Below, one piece after another: positions 1 to 9,482 of a stretch of DNA of 64,000 nt. Under the pieces are notes generated by a model. It was not told the DNA's origin. It saw nothing but the letters and a program-made list of their open reading frames with translations, and made no database searches. This stretch comes from an uncultured Oscillibacter sp. GTDB taxonomy: Bacteria > Bacillota > Clostridia > Oscillospirales > Oscillospiraceae. Each line of letters begins with the position of its first letter. Positions within the stretch are counted from its first letter, which is position 1. A program made the position numbers and the translations under genes. The stretch spans positions 2 to 64,001 of the forward strand of contig CAQXTN010000004.1 in the NCBI GenBank assembly GCA_948916585.1, written 5' to 3'.

Positions 1-3000
1 TGCCAGATCAACACCGCCAGCGGCGGCGGCGAGTATATCCTGACCAAGCCCAACGGCAACGAGAGCAGCGTCAAGAAGGCTGGCATGTACAACCTGCCCA
101 ACGCTGTTAAGGCGACTGACGGTCAGTACACCCATCCCTGGGATGCCGTGACTGCCACCTCCAATAGCTTTACGGAGCCTAAGCGTGCCGCTACTGGAAC
201 GGACCTCGACAAGGATTGGGAAGGCATTTACCGTGTCGCCCTGGGCTATGACGACGACGGCACTGGTGTGGCGAAGGAGTACGCTGTCAAGAAGAACAGC
301 CAGTATATCCTTCTGGACGGCTATGCTCACAACACCTCTGCGCATCCCACTCGGTACTCCGAGGCGGAGAAGGCGACGATTGGCGGCAACGCGAACACTC
401 TCGCCGGCTATAAGTGGGATTATCAGGATGTCGACTATGCTTCCGGTGTCAAGTTCGTCTATGTGAGCTTCGACAGCGCCGGCGAGGTGGAGAGCATCTA
501 CTTCGCGGACGGCAAGCAGGACGTTGACAACAGAGAGCTGCGCACCTACAACAGCGATTGGCGCAATGTCGGCACCAACAATGACGACTTTGTTGCCACC
601 ACTGCCGAGGCGTATGTCAACGACTCCGGCAACGTGGAGACCGTGGTCATCAAGACCGACTCCGCCGACGCCGATCTGTCCGGCCTCCGCATCATCACCA
701 AGAACACCGGTTCCAACAACTACGTGAAGAGCGTCGGCGCTGATGCCACCGAGAGCGAGCTGCTCAAGGGCAGATGGACCGAGCGCGAGTACGTCCAGGG
801 TCCCGACTTCAAGGATAACCAGACCGGCATCTTCGACAAGGAATATGATGTTGGCGATATCCTGATGGGCTCTGAACGCAACGGCATCTTCTATGCCCGT
901 GAGTTCCACGGCAACAACTACCGCGGCAACAGCCTCGACGGCCTCTACATCAAGGGAATCCAGGCGGTAAAGAACACCCAGGATAACAAGATGAAGGACC
1001 GCTTCAGCATTGCTGGCAGCCTGCTGAAGACCCTGGATGAAAGCATCACCCTGAAGGGCGCCGCTGAGACGAGCAGCACCAACGCGGCTGTGAATGCCCT
1101 GCTGACCAAGAACGAGGGTGAGGATGTCCTCAACGGTCGCCACCAGGCTGGTATCATCCTCGGTGGCAGCGCGAAGATCATTGACGTTCGCGTGGGCCAC
1201 GAGGGCGAGATCACCAAGCTGAAGGATCTGTTTGACGGCGATTTCGATCTGGATCAGATCGAGCTGAAGGTTCTGCTGAATGGTAAGTCTGGCGACGCCG
1301 GCTTCCGCAGCGCCTATGCCATCGTCATTCTCGATACCAAGGATCCCGTGAAGTACGCCACTGCTCCCGAGTTTGATCTTGAGGTTACCAGCGACGGCGA
1401 CGGTGATTGGAACATCGACGAGACCGTTTACGAGGTCACGAAGGGCGAGAAGGTTACCCTGACCGCCGACCTGACCAACAAGGATAAGTTGACCACGGTC
1501 AGCTATTCTTGGAGCGCCAAGAACAACGCCGACGACTCTGCCGCCAAGGTGAAGGCTTCCGGCAACGAGGCCGTCTTCACCGCCAGCGCTGTTGGCGAGT
1601 ACACCGTTACCCTTAAGGTTACCAACAAGGACAACAAGAACGCGGACAAGGACGTTACCAAGAACGTCGTGATCAAGGTCAGCGACGCGAAGACTGCCGG
1701 CCAGGGCACCGTCCAGTTCGCTAAGACGCTTGCTGATGACTTCTCCATCCTGGGCAAGCCCATCTTCAAGCTGACCGAGGATGGCGTCGCTACCGTGATC
1801 TTCCGCTTCAAGAATCCCGAGTACGTCTCTGGCGCCACCGCTGTTACCTCCATCAAGGCCCAGATCAAGGACGCCGAGGGCACTGTCCTGTATCCCGATA
1901 GCATGGTACCCCTTGTTAAGATCGATGCTAGCTTTAATACTACCGGCACTTCCTATATCATGGGCACCACCACGCAGAATGCCCTGAAGGCCCTGCTGGC
2001 TGGCCAGAATGTCGAGGATCTGGTCTTTGAGATCACCGAGGTCAAGTATGACAACTACGACATCAAGGTTGTCGGCTATGACGGAACCGAGTATAAGGGC
2101 GCAGCGATTACTAACAGCCCCTATGCTGGAACCAAGGGTACCGCGGCTAACAACAAGGTTGTCGCCACCGGCGAGGCTGTGACCGTCAAGTTTGCTGGCG
2201 CTGACAGCGGCGAGCTGGAGGCTGCCATCACTGGCGTGACCTTTGCCAACGCTGCGGACGCGAAGCTCTCCGTGACTGGTTCTAGCTGGAGTGCCACCAC
2301 TGCTAGCAATGTCACTCCCGACGGTAAGGGTTATGTGACCATTACCATCACTGCGAAGAAGCCGATTGTGGTCCTGAACCGCATTACCGAAGCGGATGAC
2401 ATCGTGGATGACTTGGCGGATGCTGAGGACAGCACGGGTACCGCTGTTGGTACAACCAACGCAATCACCTACAGCATCACCCATAACGATGCCGCCGGGA
2501 AAGCCTATATCGACATCTCCCTGGCTGCCGCTCTTACGAGCGCAAAGGACGCTGTTAAGCTGAACTATCAGTTGACGGACGCGGAGGGCACTGTGGTGGA
2601 TACCTTTACCGCAACCTTCAAGAACGGCTATAAGGCTACTGGTGCTGACAACGACGTCGAGACCTTCCGTTATACCGTGGAGAACCTGACCAAGAGTCTC
2701 GTGCTCTCTCTGGCGAGCGCCGAGAAGATTGCGTCTCCCAAGATTGCGAGTGTTAGCGGAATCGAGATGGCTGGTAACACGTGGGCTAATGGCGACACCT
2801 TCAAGGTGTTCTTCAGCGAAGCGGTCGACACCGGCGTGACCGGCGCGACCCTGACCCTGGCCAGCGTCGACAGCAAGACTTTGACGGCTGTGATTGATAG
2901 CAGTGGTGAATACGCTGTGGTTGCGGTTGGCGGCGCGATTAGCACCTCTGGTGATTCCGCTGTGACCTTCACCAAGATGCAGAACGAGGACGGCATTGCC

Positions 3001-3060
3001 TTCTCTGCCACCCAGAAGCTGTCCTTCACGGATTCTTCCGTTACGCTTGCGACCACCTGA
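1..3060 (+). CDS. Large S-layer/cell-surface protein, 5' end outside window
   Basis: Frame open from position 1 through the 991-aa ORF; Thr/Ala/Asp/Asn/Lys-rich beta-type sequence; PKD/Ig-like segment (YSWSAK...FTASAVGEYTVTLKV); strong terminator follows. Confidence 0.7.
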   Translation, partial: CQINTASGGGEYILTKPNGNESSVKKAGMYNLPNAVKATDGQYTHPWDAVTATSNSFTEPKRAATGTDLDKDWEGIYRVALGYDDDGTGVAKEYAVKKNSQYILLDGYAHNTSAHPTRYSEAEKATIGGNANTLAGYKWDYQDVDYASGVKFVYVSFDSAGEVESIYFADGKQDVDNRELRTYNSDWRNVGTNNDDFVATTAEAYVNDSGNVETVVIKTDSADADLSGLRIITKNTGSNNYVKSVGADATESELLKGRWTEREYVQGPDFKDNQTGIFDKEYDVGDILMGSERNGIFYAREFHGNNYRGNSLDGLYIKGIQAVKNTQDNKMKDRFSIAGSLLKTLDESITLKGAAETSSTNAAVNALLTKNEGEDVLNGRHQAGIILGGSAKIIDVRVGHEGEITKLKDLFDGDFDLDQIELKVLLNGKSGDAGFRSAYAIVILDTKDPVKYATAPEFDLEVTSDGDGDWNIDETVYEVTKGEKVTLTADLTNKDKLTTVSYSWSAKNNADDSAAKVKASGNEAVFTASAVGEYTVTLKVTNKDNKNADKDVTKNVVIKVSDAKTAGQGTVQFAKTLADDFSILGKPIFKLTEDGVATVIFRFKNPEYVSGATAVTSIKAQIKDAEGTVLYPDSMVPLVKIDASFNTTGTSYIMGTTTQNALKALLAGQNVEDLVFEITEVKYDNYDIKVVGYDGTEYKGAAITNSPYAGTKGTAANNKVVATGEAVTVKFAGADSGELEAAITGVTFANAADAKLSVTGSSWSATTASNVTPDGKGYVTITITAKKPIVVLNRITEADDIVDDLADAEDSTGTAVGTTNAITYSITHNDAAGKAYIDISLAAALTSAKDAVKLNYQLTDAEGTVVDTFTATFKNGYKATGADNDVETFRYTVENLTKSLVLSLASAEKIASPKIASVSGIEMAGNTWANGDTFKVFFSEAVDTGVTGATLTLASVDSKTLTAVIDSSGEYAVVAVGGAISTSGDSAVTFTKMQNEDGIAFSATQKLSFTDSSVTLATT

Positions 3061-3097
3061 TTTCCCTGTCCCATTCGGGTATCCGACCTGAATAGAG

Positions 3098-3129
3098 AGA
3101 CCCCCGGGCTTTTGCCCGGGGGTCTTTTT
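3098..3129 (+). terminator. Rho-independent terminator
   Basis: AGACCCCCGGGC-TTTT-GCCCGGGGGTCT then T-run. Confidence 0.85.
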
Positions 3130-3668
3130 CAGCCCTCCGTATAGATTGTGACGCTGGACCCTGCCAGGATGCGGAAGTCTCCTGCCTCCACACCCGCTGT
3201 GGTGATGTTGCGGAAGGGGAAGTCAAACACGCGGGTGACGCAGTGGTCCTCACAGGCGATGGTGGCCCAGGCCGTGTCATCCGGGCGGCGCCCGGGAAAC
3301 AAGGTGATGTGGACCTGGGTCCGCCGGGGCGTATCGGAAGCCGGGACTTGGAAGCTGTCAGGCGAGCGGTTTGTGTAGACATAGGGACGCAGGGTACACG
3401 CGGCGGTGGTGTAAATGTCCAGGACGAAGTGGACCCGACTGAACTGAGCCCAGTCCACATCGGTAATGGGATAGGATAAGAAATTGCGGGGACCCTCGGC
3501 CTGGTGAAATCGGTACTGGCGGAATTTCCGGCTTTCCAATTCGTCCACCTTGGTTTTGAGCTCCGCCAGCGCGGCGGCGATTTTGGCGTTGTCGGCGTTG
3601 AAGTCCTCCATGCGGATGCGGTCCGTCAGTTCCCATTGGTTCAATCCATAGTGTTCTGTTTGCCTCAT
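3129..3668 (-). CDS. Hypothetical 179-aa protein with tail-fibre-like N-terminus and coiled coil
   Basis: GGAGG RBS before ATG at 3668; MRQTEHYGLNQWELTDRIRMEDFNADNAKIAAALAELK. Confidence 0.7.
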   Translation of the reverse strand: MRQTEHYGLNQWELTDRIRMEDFNADNAKIAAALAELKTKVDELESRKFRQYRFHQAEGPRNFLSYPITDVDWAQFSRVHFVLDIYTTAACTLRPYVYTNRSPDSFQVPASDTPRRTQVHITLFPGRRPDDTAWATIACEDHCVTRVFDFPFRNITTAGVEAGDFRILAGSSVTIYTEG

Positions 3669-3758
3669 AAAAATAACCTCCTGCTTTTTTGGTATATGGT
3701 TGTACCTAAACAGGGAAACCGGAGCGGTGAGAGTTGCCAAAACCCGTGCAACTCCGCC

Positions 3759-3787
3759 GCATAAATTTTTCCCGCCGGGAAACCCTA
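3759..3787 (+). promoter_or_regulatory. Putative sigmaF/sigmaG forespore promoter of spoVAE
   Basis: GCATA-N14-GGAAACCCTA; same geometry as the site at 58940. Confidence 0.45.
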
Positions 3788-3809
3788 CCGGAAAAGGGAG
3801 GTTTTTACC

Positions 3810-4166
3810 ATGGATTATGTAAACGCGTTCCTCTGTGGCGGCCTGCTCTGCGCCATCGGTCAAATTTTGATTGATAAAACCCAGCTGACCCCGGCCCGGA
3901 TTCTGACAGGCTATGTAGTGGCGGGTGTAATTCTCAGCGCCGTGGGCCTGTATGAGCCTCTGGCCCAGTGGGGCGGCGCGGGAGCGACGGTGCCTCTGAC
4001 GGGCTTCGGCCACCTGCTGGCCAAGGGCGTCCGCAAGGCGGTAGACATGGACGGCTGGCTGGGCGTCCTGACCGGGGGCCTGACGGCCGCGGCGGGCGGC
4101 GTGGCGGCGGCAACCTTCTTCGCCGCCGTCATGGCGTCGGTGTTCAAGCCCAGCGCGAAGCGCTAA
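3810..4166 (+). CDS. spoVAE: Stage V sporulation protein AE (SpoVAC/AEB family)
   Basis: MDYVNAFLCGGLLCAIGQILIDKTQLTPARIL; GAGATVPLTGFG signature. Confidence 0.92.
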   Translation: MDYVNAFLCGGLLCAIGQILIDKTQLTPARILTGYVVAGVILSAVGLYEPLAQWGGAGATVPLTGFGHLLAKGVRKAVDMDGWLGVLTGGLTAAAGGVAAATFFAAVMASVFKPSAKR

Positions 4167-4270
4167 AAAAGCGCAGCAAAAGAGAAAGATAAGGACAAAA
4201 ATAACAAAGCCAAAAATCCACACCCCCAAACACCCCGGAGAGTAAAGAGCTCTCCGGGGATTGCTTTCAG

Positions 4271-4536
4271 TACCCACCACATAAGCGGCAGCGAAAAGAG
4301 AAGCTGGTCCATTCGTCGAGGAACAAACCCCCGCTCAATCCAATTGCGCAAGGGAAGTCATTCTGGCTCCGCCATTCATTCAGCCGCGCCCCGTCGCAAC
4401 CCCCGTTACTTCTTTTTCTCTTTTGGACCGTGCACGGCCCGTTTTCTCGTTTTCTTCTGGAAGAAAAAGAGAAAATGGGGGGTGCAAAGAACCAGCCATC
4501 TTCATGGCTGAATCTCTCCCCGCCCGCAAGGGCGAG
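4271..4536 (+). repeat. Structured intergenic repeat, copy 1
   Basis: Core 4407-4487 matches 53215-53295 at 80/81 nt and, over 79 nt, is identical to the reverse complement of 34769-34847; 5' block 4284-4337 also shared with copy 2. Confidence 0.95.
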
Positions 4537-4641
4537 TACCAGCCCCGCATGGGAAAAAACTGTCACAAATTTGTTACCCCTTTTGCCGAAAAATCTGTTA
4601 TACTAAAATAACAGATTTTTCGACAGAAAGGAACCGACGCC

Positions 4642-5844
4642 ATGCGCCGATTATTAAGCCTGACCCTGCTGCTTCTCCTCCTGACCGCCTGCTCCACCCA
4701 GGCCCCGCCCCCGGAGGAGCCGTCCCCGCCGGAACCGGAAATTCAAGAGCCGGAGCCGCCCCCCGCCCCCGTCCAGGAGCCCTATGAAATCAAGGACCCC
4801 ACCCAGGAGCGGGAGGGTTACGTCCCCTGGACCGGCATTGTAGAGCACCTGTTTTTCCATCCCGTCATCGCCTACCCGGAGCTGGCCTTCGACGGGGATA
4901 ACCAGGCCAACGGCCTGGACGACTTCATGGTCACCGTGGACGAGTATAATAAAATCCTCCGGAGCGTCTATGACAAGGGCTATGTCCTGGTGGATATCAA
5001 CAGTGTCTGGAGTGAGGAGGAAGGGGAGGACGGCCCCCATATGGTCCGGAATACCCTCTACCTCCCCGAGGGAAAGAAGCCCCTGGTCCTCAGCTACGAC
5101 GACACGAATTACTACCCCTATATGCTGGAAAACGGCTTTGCCCATAAGCTTATCATCGGGGAGGACCTGAAAATTGCCTCCTGGGGCCTGGACCCGGAGG
5201 GCAACGAGGTCGTCAGCCGGGACCTGGACGCCATCCCGATTTTGGATAAATTCGTGGAAGAGCACCCCGACTTCTCCCCCTTCGGGGCCAAGGGCTGCCT
5301 GAGCCTGACGGGCTATGAGGGCATCCTGGGCTACCGCACCCAGACGGACACCAAGGAGTGGGACGACGCCAAGGAGGCCAACCGCCAGAAGGAGCGGGAG
5401 GCCGTCCGGCCCATTGTCGAGGAGCTCCGCCGTACCGGCTGGACCTTCGGCAGCCACACCTGGGGCCACATCCGCCTGGGAGATGGAAACATGACCCGCA
5501 TCGAGGCAGATACCCAGCGCTGGCTGGACGAGGTGGGCAGTCTGGTGGGGGAGACCGCGATCCTCTTCTACCCCCACGGCGAGCGCCCCGACGGCAACGA
5601 CTGGACCATAACGGGCCCGGCCTTCCAGTACTTACAGAGCAAGGGCTTCCGGGTTTTCTGCTCCGTAGGCGTGGAGAGCTTCAGCTTCATCAAAAAGGAC
5701 ATCAGCGCCGTAATCTGTGACCGCCTCCACCCCGACGGCACCACCCTCCGCCACTCCCGGGACCGCTATCTCCAATTCTACGACGCCAAGGATATCATAG
5801 ACTTAACCGTCCGTCCTCAGAGAGAGGTCTCCTGGACGGAGTGA
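4642..5844 (+). CDS. Lipoprotein, polysaccharide deacetylase-like (NodB/CE4 fold)
   Basis: Lipobox LLTAC, Pro/Glu linker, LSYDD and FGSHTWGH motifs. Confidence 0.8.
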   Translation: MRRLLSLTLLLLLLTACSTQAPPPEEPSPPEPEIQEPEPPPAPVQEPYEIKDPTQEREGYVPWTGIVEHLFFHPVIAYPELAFDGDNQANGLDDFMVTVDEYNKILRSVYDKGYVLVDINSVWSEEEGEDGPHMVRNTLYLPEGKKPLVLSYDDTNYYPYMLENGFAHKLIIGEDLKIASWGLDPEGNEVVSRDLDAIPILDKFVEEHPDFSPFGAKGCLSLTGYEGILGYRTQTDTKEWDDAKEANRQKEREAVRPIVEELRRTGWTFGSHTWGHIRLGDGNMTRIEADTQRWLDEVGSLVGETAILFYPHGERPDGNDWTITGPAFQYLQSKGFRVFCSVGVESFSFIKKDISAVICDRLHPDGTTLRHSRDRYLQFYDAKDIIDLTVRPQREVSWTE

Positions 5845-5860
5845 GAAAGGAGTTTTCATC

Positions 5861-6262
5861 ATGACAAGAGAAGAACTGAAAGCCGCCGCCGTGGCCATGC
5901 TGGACCGGGCCTATATTCCCTACTCCCACTTCCCCGTCGGCGCGGCCCTGGAGTGCTCCGACGGCACGGTTTTCACCGGCTGCAACATTGAGAACGCCGC
6001 CTATTCCCCCACCCTCTGCGCCGAGCGGGTGGCGGTTGGCAAGGCCGTCAGCGAGGGCCACAGGGACTTTGTCCGCATCGCGGTGGCGGGCCGGTGCGAG
6101 GATTTCTGCGTCCCCTGCGCCGTCTGCCGCCAGGTGCTCTACGAGTTCGCCCCGGACATGGAGGTTATCAGCCTCAACGGCAAGGGGGAGGAGCTGTCCC
6201 GGACCCTCCGGGAGCTGCTGCCCCACGGCTTCGGCCCGGAATACCTGCTGAAAGAGGAATAA
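5861..6262 (+). CDS. cdd: Cytidine deaminase
   Basis: PYSHFPVGAAL, GCNIENAAY, CAER, PCAVCRQ. Confidence 0.95.
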   Translation: MTREELKAAAVAMLDRAYIPYSHFPVGAALECSDGTVFTGCNIENAAYSPTLCAERVAVGKAVSEGHRDFVRIAVAGRCEDFCVPCAVCRQVLYEFAPDMEVISLNGKGEELSRTLRELLPHGFGPEYLLKEE

Positions 6263-6302
6263 AAAGAGGCCCCTCCGGGAGAATTTCCCGGAGGGGCTTT
6301 TC
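6261..6302. terminator. Bidirectional terminator
   Basis: GCCCCTCCGGGA/TCCCGGAGGGGC stem flanked by A- and T-runs between convergent genes. Confidence 0.8.
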
Positions 6303-6306
6303 CTTG

Positions 6307-7017
6307 TCAAAGCGCGAAGACCTGTCCGGGCTCTTTTACCGGCAGGACGCGGTCTGTAAAGGCTGGGTACTTTTCCAAAAATTTCCTGGTAAAGTCAAAC
6401 TCGCCCCACTGGTGCATGGGCAGGAAGCGCCGGATCTCCGCCGTTTCGAGGAAATACGCCGGGCCCCAGAAGCCCGCCTCCCCCAGCCGGGGGTCCAGAG
6501 GCAGCATGGCCAGATCAACGGTCCGTCCCCGGAGCGCCTCCGCGTATTTCTTGAAGTTGACCTCCATGTTTCGGTTCCAGCCCTTGTCCTCCCCCTCCCA
6601 GTGCCACCAGTTCAGGTCCCCGGCATGAAAGACGGTCCGCCCGTCCGCCGTCACCAAAAACGCCTCCCCCTCGTCGGTGGAGGGCAGGGCCTCCGCGGAG
6701 ACCCCGGAGAGCTCCAGCGTCTCCCCGCCCCGGAGGTTCCGGCACTTCTCCGCCGTCTCCGGCGAGACGCCCCAGCGGCTGAGATTCCGGGAGCTGAGCT
6801 TGATGTCATGGCCCAGGATAAACCGCGCCTCCCGGCTCCCGTCGTCCAGGGCAAAAATCCGGGGATCGAAATGGTCGGGATGTACATGGCTGGCAAAGAC
6901 GTACAGGGGGACTCCCGGCCTGACCGCCGGGAGCTCCCCCCTCCACCAGTCAAACAGCAGCGTGGTGGAGTCCGATTCCACCAAAAAGCCGCTGTGGTCC
7001 AAAAAGGTGACCCGCAT
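6307..7017 (-). CDS. MBL-fold metallo-hydrolase
   Basis: HSGFLV, SHVHPDH, FHAGDLN, PMH motifs. Confidence 0.9.
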   Translation of the reverse strand: MRVTFLDHSGFLVESDSTTLLFDWWRGELPAVRPGVPLYVFASHVHPDHFDPRIFALDDGSREARFILGHDIKLSSRNLSRWGVSPETAEKCRNLRGGETLELSGVSAEALPSTDEGEAFLVTADGRTVFHAGDLNWWHWEGEDKGWNRNMEVNFKKYAEALRGRTVDLAMLPLDPRLGEAGFWGPAYFLETAEIRRFLPMHQWGEFDFTRKFLEKYPAFTDRVLPVKEPGQVFAL

Positions 7018-7328
7018 TATTTCAGCTTCACCGCCGTGCCGTAGGCCACCACCTCGGCGGCCCCCTGCATTACGGATGACGAGCCATAGCGGACGTTGAC
7101 CACCGCGTCGGCCCCCAGGGCCTGGGCCTCGTCCACCATACGCTTGGTGGCGATCTGCCGGGCCTCGTTGAGCATCTCCGTATAGCCCGCGATCTCGCCG
7201 CCCACCAGGGTTTTCATGCCGGCCATAAAGTCTTTGCCGAAGTTTTTGGATTGGACCACCGTCCCCTTCACAATCCCCAGGGCCTCAAGTTCCTTTCCGG
7301 GTACATAGTCAATATTCAGCAGCAGCAT
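7017..7328 (-). CDS. YbjQ/UPF0145 family protein
   Basis: GMKTLVGGEIAGYTEML...LGADAVVNVRY...AYGTAV; GGAGGAG RBS before ATG 7328. Confidence 0.9.
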   Translation of the reverse strand: MLLLNIDYVPGKELEALGIVKGTVVQSKNFGKDFMAGMKTLVGGEIAGYTEMLNEARQIATKRMVDEAQALGADAVVNVRYGSSSVMQGAAEVVAYGTAVKLK

Positions 7329-7572
7329 CGAATTCTCCTCCTTCAATTTCTTGAAAACGTTCTTTTAACACCACCAGGGCGGGAATGACCGGCAGTCCGC
7401 ATGCCCCCGACAGAGCGGCGAACAGCCAGAACGCCCACCTGGGCAGGTTCGGGATAAAGCACAGCGCGGCGAATACGGCGGCGCAGGCCAGCTGAAACAG
7501 GACAAAAAATGTCACGCCCAACACAGCCTGCCGCCGCAGGCGGCGCCTTTGGGATTTTAAGGATACCGTCAT
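7309..7572 (-). CDS. Small two-TM membrane protein with EIEGGEFDAAAEY tail
   Basis: RBS GGAGGG; two hydrophobic helices; tail motif shared with 8563 and 8807 proteins. Confidence 0.75.
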   Translation of the reverse strand: MTVSLKSQRRRLRRQAVLGVTFFVLFQLACAAVFAALCFIPNLPRWAFWLFAALSGACGLPVIPALVVLKERFQEIEGGEFDAAAEY

Positions 7573-7648
7573 AACGGTCCCTCCCTTCCTCATAAAATAG
7601 AGAGATTATCTCCAGCGCTTCCCCGCCTCCGTAAAAATGGGGAGGGGC

Positions 7649-7677
7649 TTGCGGTGGGAAAGGTTTTATGCTATAAT
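7649..7677 (+). promoter_or_regulatory. sigmaA promoter of PilZ gene
   Basis: TTGCGG-N17-TATAAT with extended TG. Confidence 0.7.
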
Positions 7678-7761
7678 GCCCAGTAAGCGGCGATCAAACC
7701 AGAAAATCGTCTCCGGCCGGACCGGCATAGGCTTTCAAATACGTGATACAGGTGGTGTGGT

Positions 7762-8499
7762 ATGGGTATCTTTTCGTTTTTCAACCGGGACCAGGACCTT
7801 GAGGCTTACCTCCCGACGCCGACGGAACCGGCGCTGGAAGAAACGAACCCGGGCTTCCCTGAGATGTGCAGGGAAATGCCCATTGAGATTGTGGAAAAAT
7901 CCGGCCGGGTACTGAACACCGGCCTGATTACGGAACACGGCGGCACCGAGCTCACCATGGGCCGCCATCCCGGCGGGCTGTCGTTCAAGGTCTGCGAGCC
8001 TGGGAGCACGGTGTTTGTGCGGGGCTGCGACAATAAGATGAACCAGTTTTATCTCCGGGCGACGGTAGAGGAGTCCTCCCGCGTCCAGATGCGGCTGAAG
8101 GATCTGGAGCCGGAGGTTCACGAGAACCACCGGGACACCTTCCGTCTGGCGGTGAATAATGTCCCCATCTCCATTTACTACATGAACGATGAACGCTTCG
8201 AGCGGCCGGAGGAGTGCCGGCTGGTGGACATCAGCACCGGCGGCTGCTGCTTCACCTCGGAGTATCTTCACGGAGAGGGCGAGGTGCTGCGCCTCAAGAT
8301 CAAGCTGGAGGACTATGTAGCCATGGACTTCATCGGCGAGATCATCCGGGTGGTGGAGTGCGGGCCCAATGAGTTCCGCTGCGGCGTCCTCTTCGCACAG
8401 CTGAAACGGGATGAAATCAACTCCCTGACCAAGGTCCTTTTCAACATGCAGCTTGGCAATCGGCGGGAGCATAGCCGCTCTGAGGAGGGGCACTGGTAA
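7762..8499 (+). CDS. PilZ-domain c-di-GMP-binding protein (YcgR-like)
   Basis: RxxxR (RDTFR) and DxSxGG (DISTGG) motifs. Confidence 0.85.
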   Translation: MGIFSFFNRDQDLEAYLPTPTEPALEETNPGFPEMCREMPIEIVEKSGRVLNTGLITEHGGTELTMGRHPGGLSFKVCEPGSTVFVRGCDNKMNQFYLRATVEESSRVQMRLKDLEPEVHENHRDTFRLAVNNVPISIYYMNDERFERPEECRLVDISTGGCCFTSEYLHGEGEVLRLKIKLEDYVAMDFIGEIIRVVECGPNEFRCGVLFAQLKRDEINSLTKVLFNMQLGNRREHSRSEEGHW

Positions 8500-8523
8500 T
8501 CTCCCCGGTCATTGACCTTCCCG

Positions 8524-8556
8524 GCGGGGCGCTTTTCGAAAAGCGTCCCGCTTTTT
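8524..8556. terminator. Terminator between convergent genes
   Basis: GCGGGGCGCTTT-TCGA-AAAGCGTCCCGC then T-run. Confidence 0.7.
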
Positions 8557-8562
8557 CTGCCC

Positions 8563-8823
8563 TCAGTACCGGCTGGCCTCCTCTTCCTCGCCGCCGTCGA
8601 TCTCATCCAGCCGCTGGAGCAGAGCTTTGATGACTCCCACAATGACCGCGCCGCCCAGAAGCAGATAGGCCGCCAGAAAGGCCAGCGGGAAGAGGACCGG
8701 CTCCGCCCCGCCAAAGAGGTTGCCCATGGATGCCAGGAGCAGAAGGACCAGGGGCCCGACATACAACACCACCGCCACGGTGATGACAATGGGGGCGATC
8801 TTCTTTTTAGTAGTTTTTCGCAT
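8563..8823 (-). CDS. Small two-TM membrane protein with EIDGGEEEEASRY tail
   Basis: Start overlaps the merR 3' end; KKIAPIVITV...QRLDEIDGGEEEEASRY. Confidence 0.8.
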   Translation of the reverse strand: MRKTTKKKIAPIVITVAVVLYVGPLVLLLLASMGNLFGGAEPVLFPLAFLAAYLLLGGAVIVGVIKALLQRLDEIDGGEEEEASRY

Positions 8824-9457
8824 CGTCAATTTCTCCTCTCCCGATTTCTCGAATTCGCTGTACCAGGGCCAGCACCACGCCGCCGCTGATAACCAAAGGG
8901 ACCAGGGCCATGATCGCCAGCATGAAGGACGGGGGCGCTTCCTCGGCGCTCAAGGCGGTGAGCCAGAGAATCAGCCCCGCGATGCCCCCCATCAAAAGCA
9001 GCATCAGCACGGTGATGACTACCGGGGCCACATAGCGGATGCGGACGTCCTGCCGCTGCTTATTCTGGAATGTAGCGCCGCCTTGCTCCATGACCTCCAT
9101 CTCCTTTAAGATGCTCCCGGCGTCCAGGTCCCCCAGCCGCTCCTGCCGGTCCGTCAGTCCGGCGCAAAGGCGAATGGCCTGATCCAGGTTGTCCCGATCC
9201 CGCTCCAGGGAGACCAGATGGCGGCGCATGCCGTCCCCTACAGTGTGGACCCCGCTCTGCATCCGGCGGATTTCTTCCAGAGGCACGCCCAGCTTTCGCA
9301 GCAGCTTGATTTGGAGCAGGACGCTGACCTCGGCCTCACCATAGTCCCGATAGCCGTTTTCACTGTTCCGCCGGGGGGCCAGAAGGCCCTCGGCCTCATA
9401 AAAGCGGATATTCTTCCGGGTGATGCCCACCAGGGCTTCCACCTCGTTGATTTTCAC
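8807..9457 (-). CDS. MerR-family regulator with C-terminal two-TM domain
   Basis: GTG start after GAGGTG; KINEVEALVGITRKNIRFYEAEGLL...NGYRDY HTH; hydrophobic C-terminus. Confidence 0.9.
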   Translation of the reverse strand: MKINEVEALVGITRKNIRFYEAEGLLAPRRNSENGYRDYGEAEVSVLLQIKLLRKLGVPLEEIRRMQSGVHTVGDGMRRHLVSLERDRDNLDQAIRLCAGLTDRQERLGDLDAGSILKEMEVMEQGGATFQNKQRQDVRIRYVAPVVITVLMLLLMGGIAGLILWLTALSAEEAPPSFMLAIMALVPLVISGGVVLALVQRIREIGRGEIDDAKNY

Positions 9458-9482
9458 GTCCCTCACCTCAATTTCTGGGCTC

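Noticed and set aside
4267..4611. ORFs containing FSFSSRRKRENGPCTVQKRK / DRARPVFSFSSGRKRENGG here and at 34675-35008 and 53089-53388
   Set aside because: They are translations of the non-coding repeat; frames, starts and lengths differ between copies and RBSs are missing. The long N-terminal extensions of rimO and yigZ are the same artefact
7680..7760. c-di-GMP riboswitch before the PilZ gene
   Set aside because: Lacks the GGCAAA...GAAA...GACGCAAAGC pattern and the leader is short
8512..8522. TTGACCTTCCC matching the start of the merR operator
   Set aside because: Half-site only, no -10, runs into a terminator hairpin
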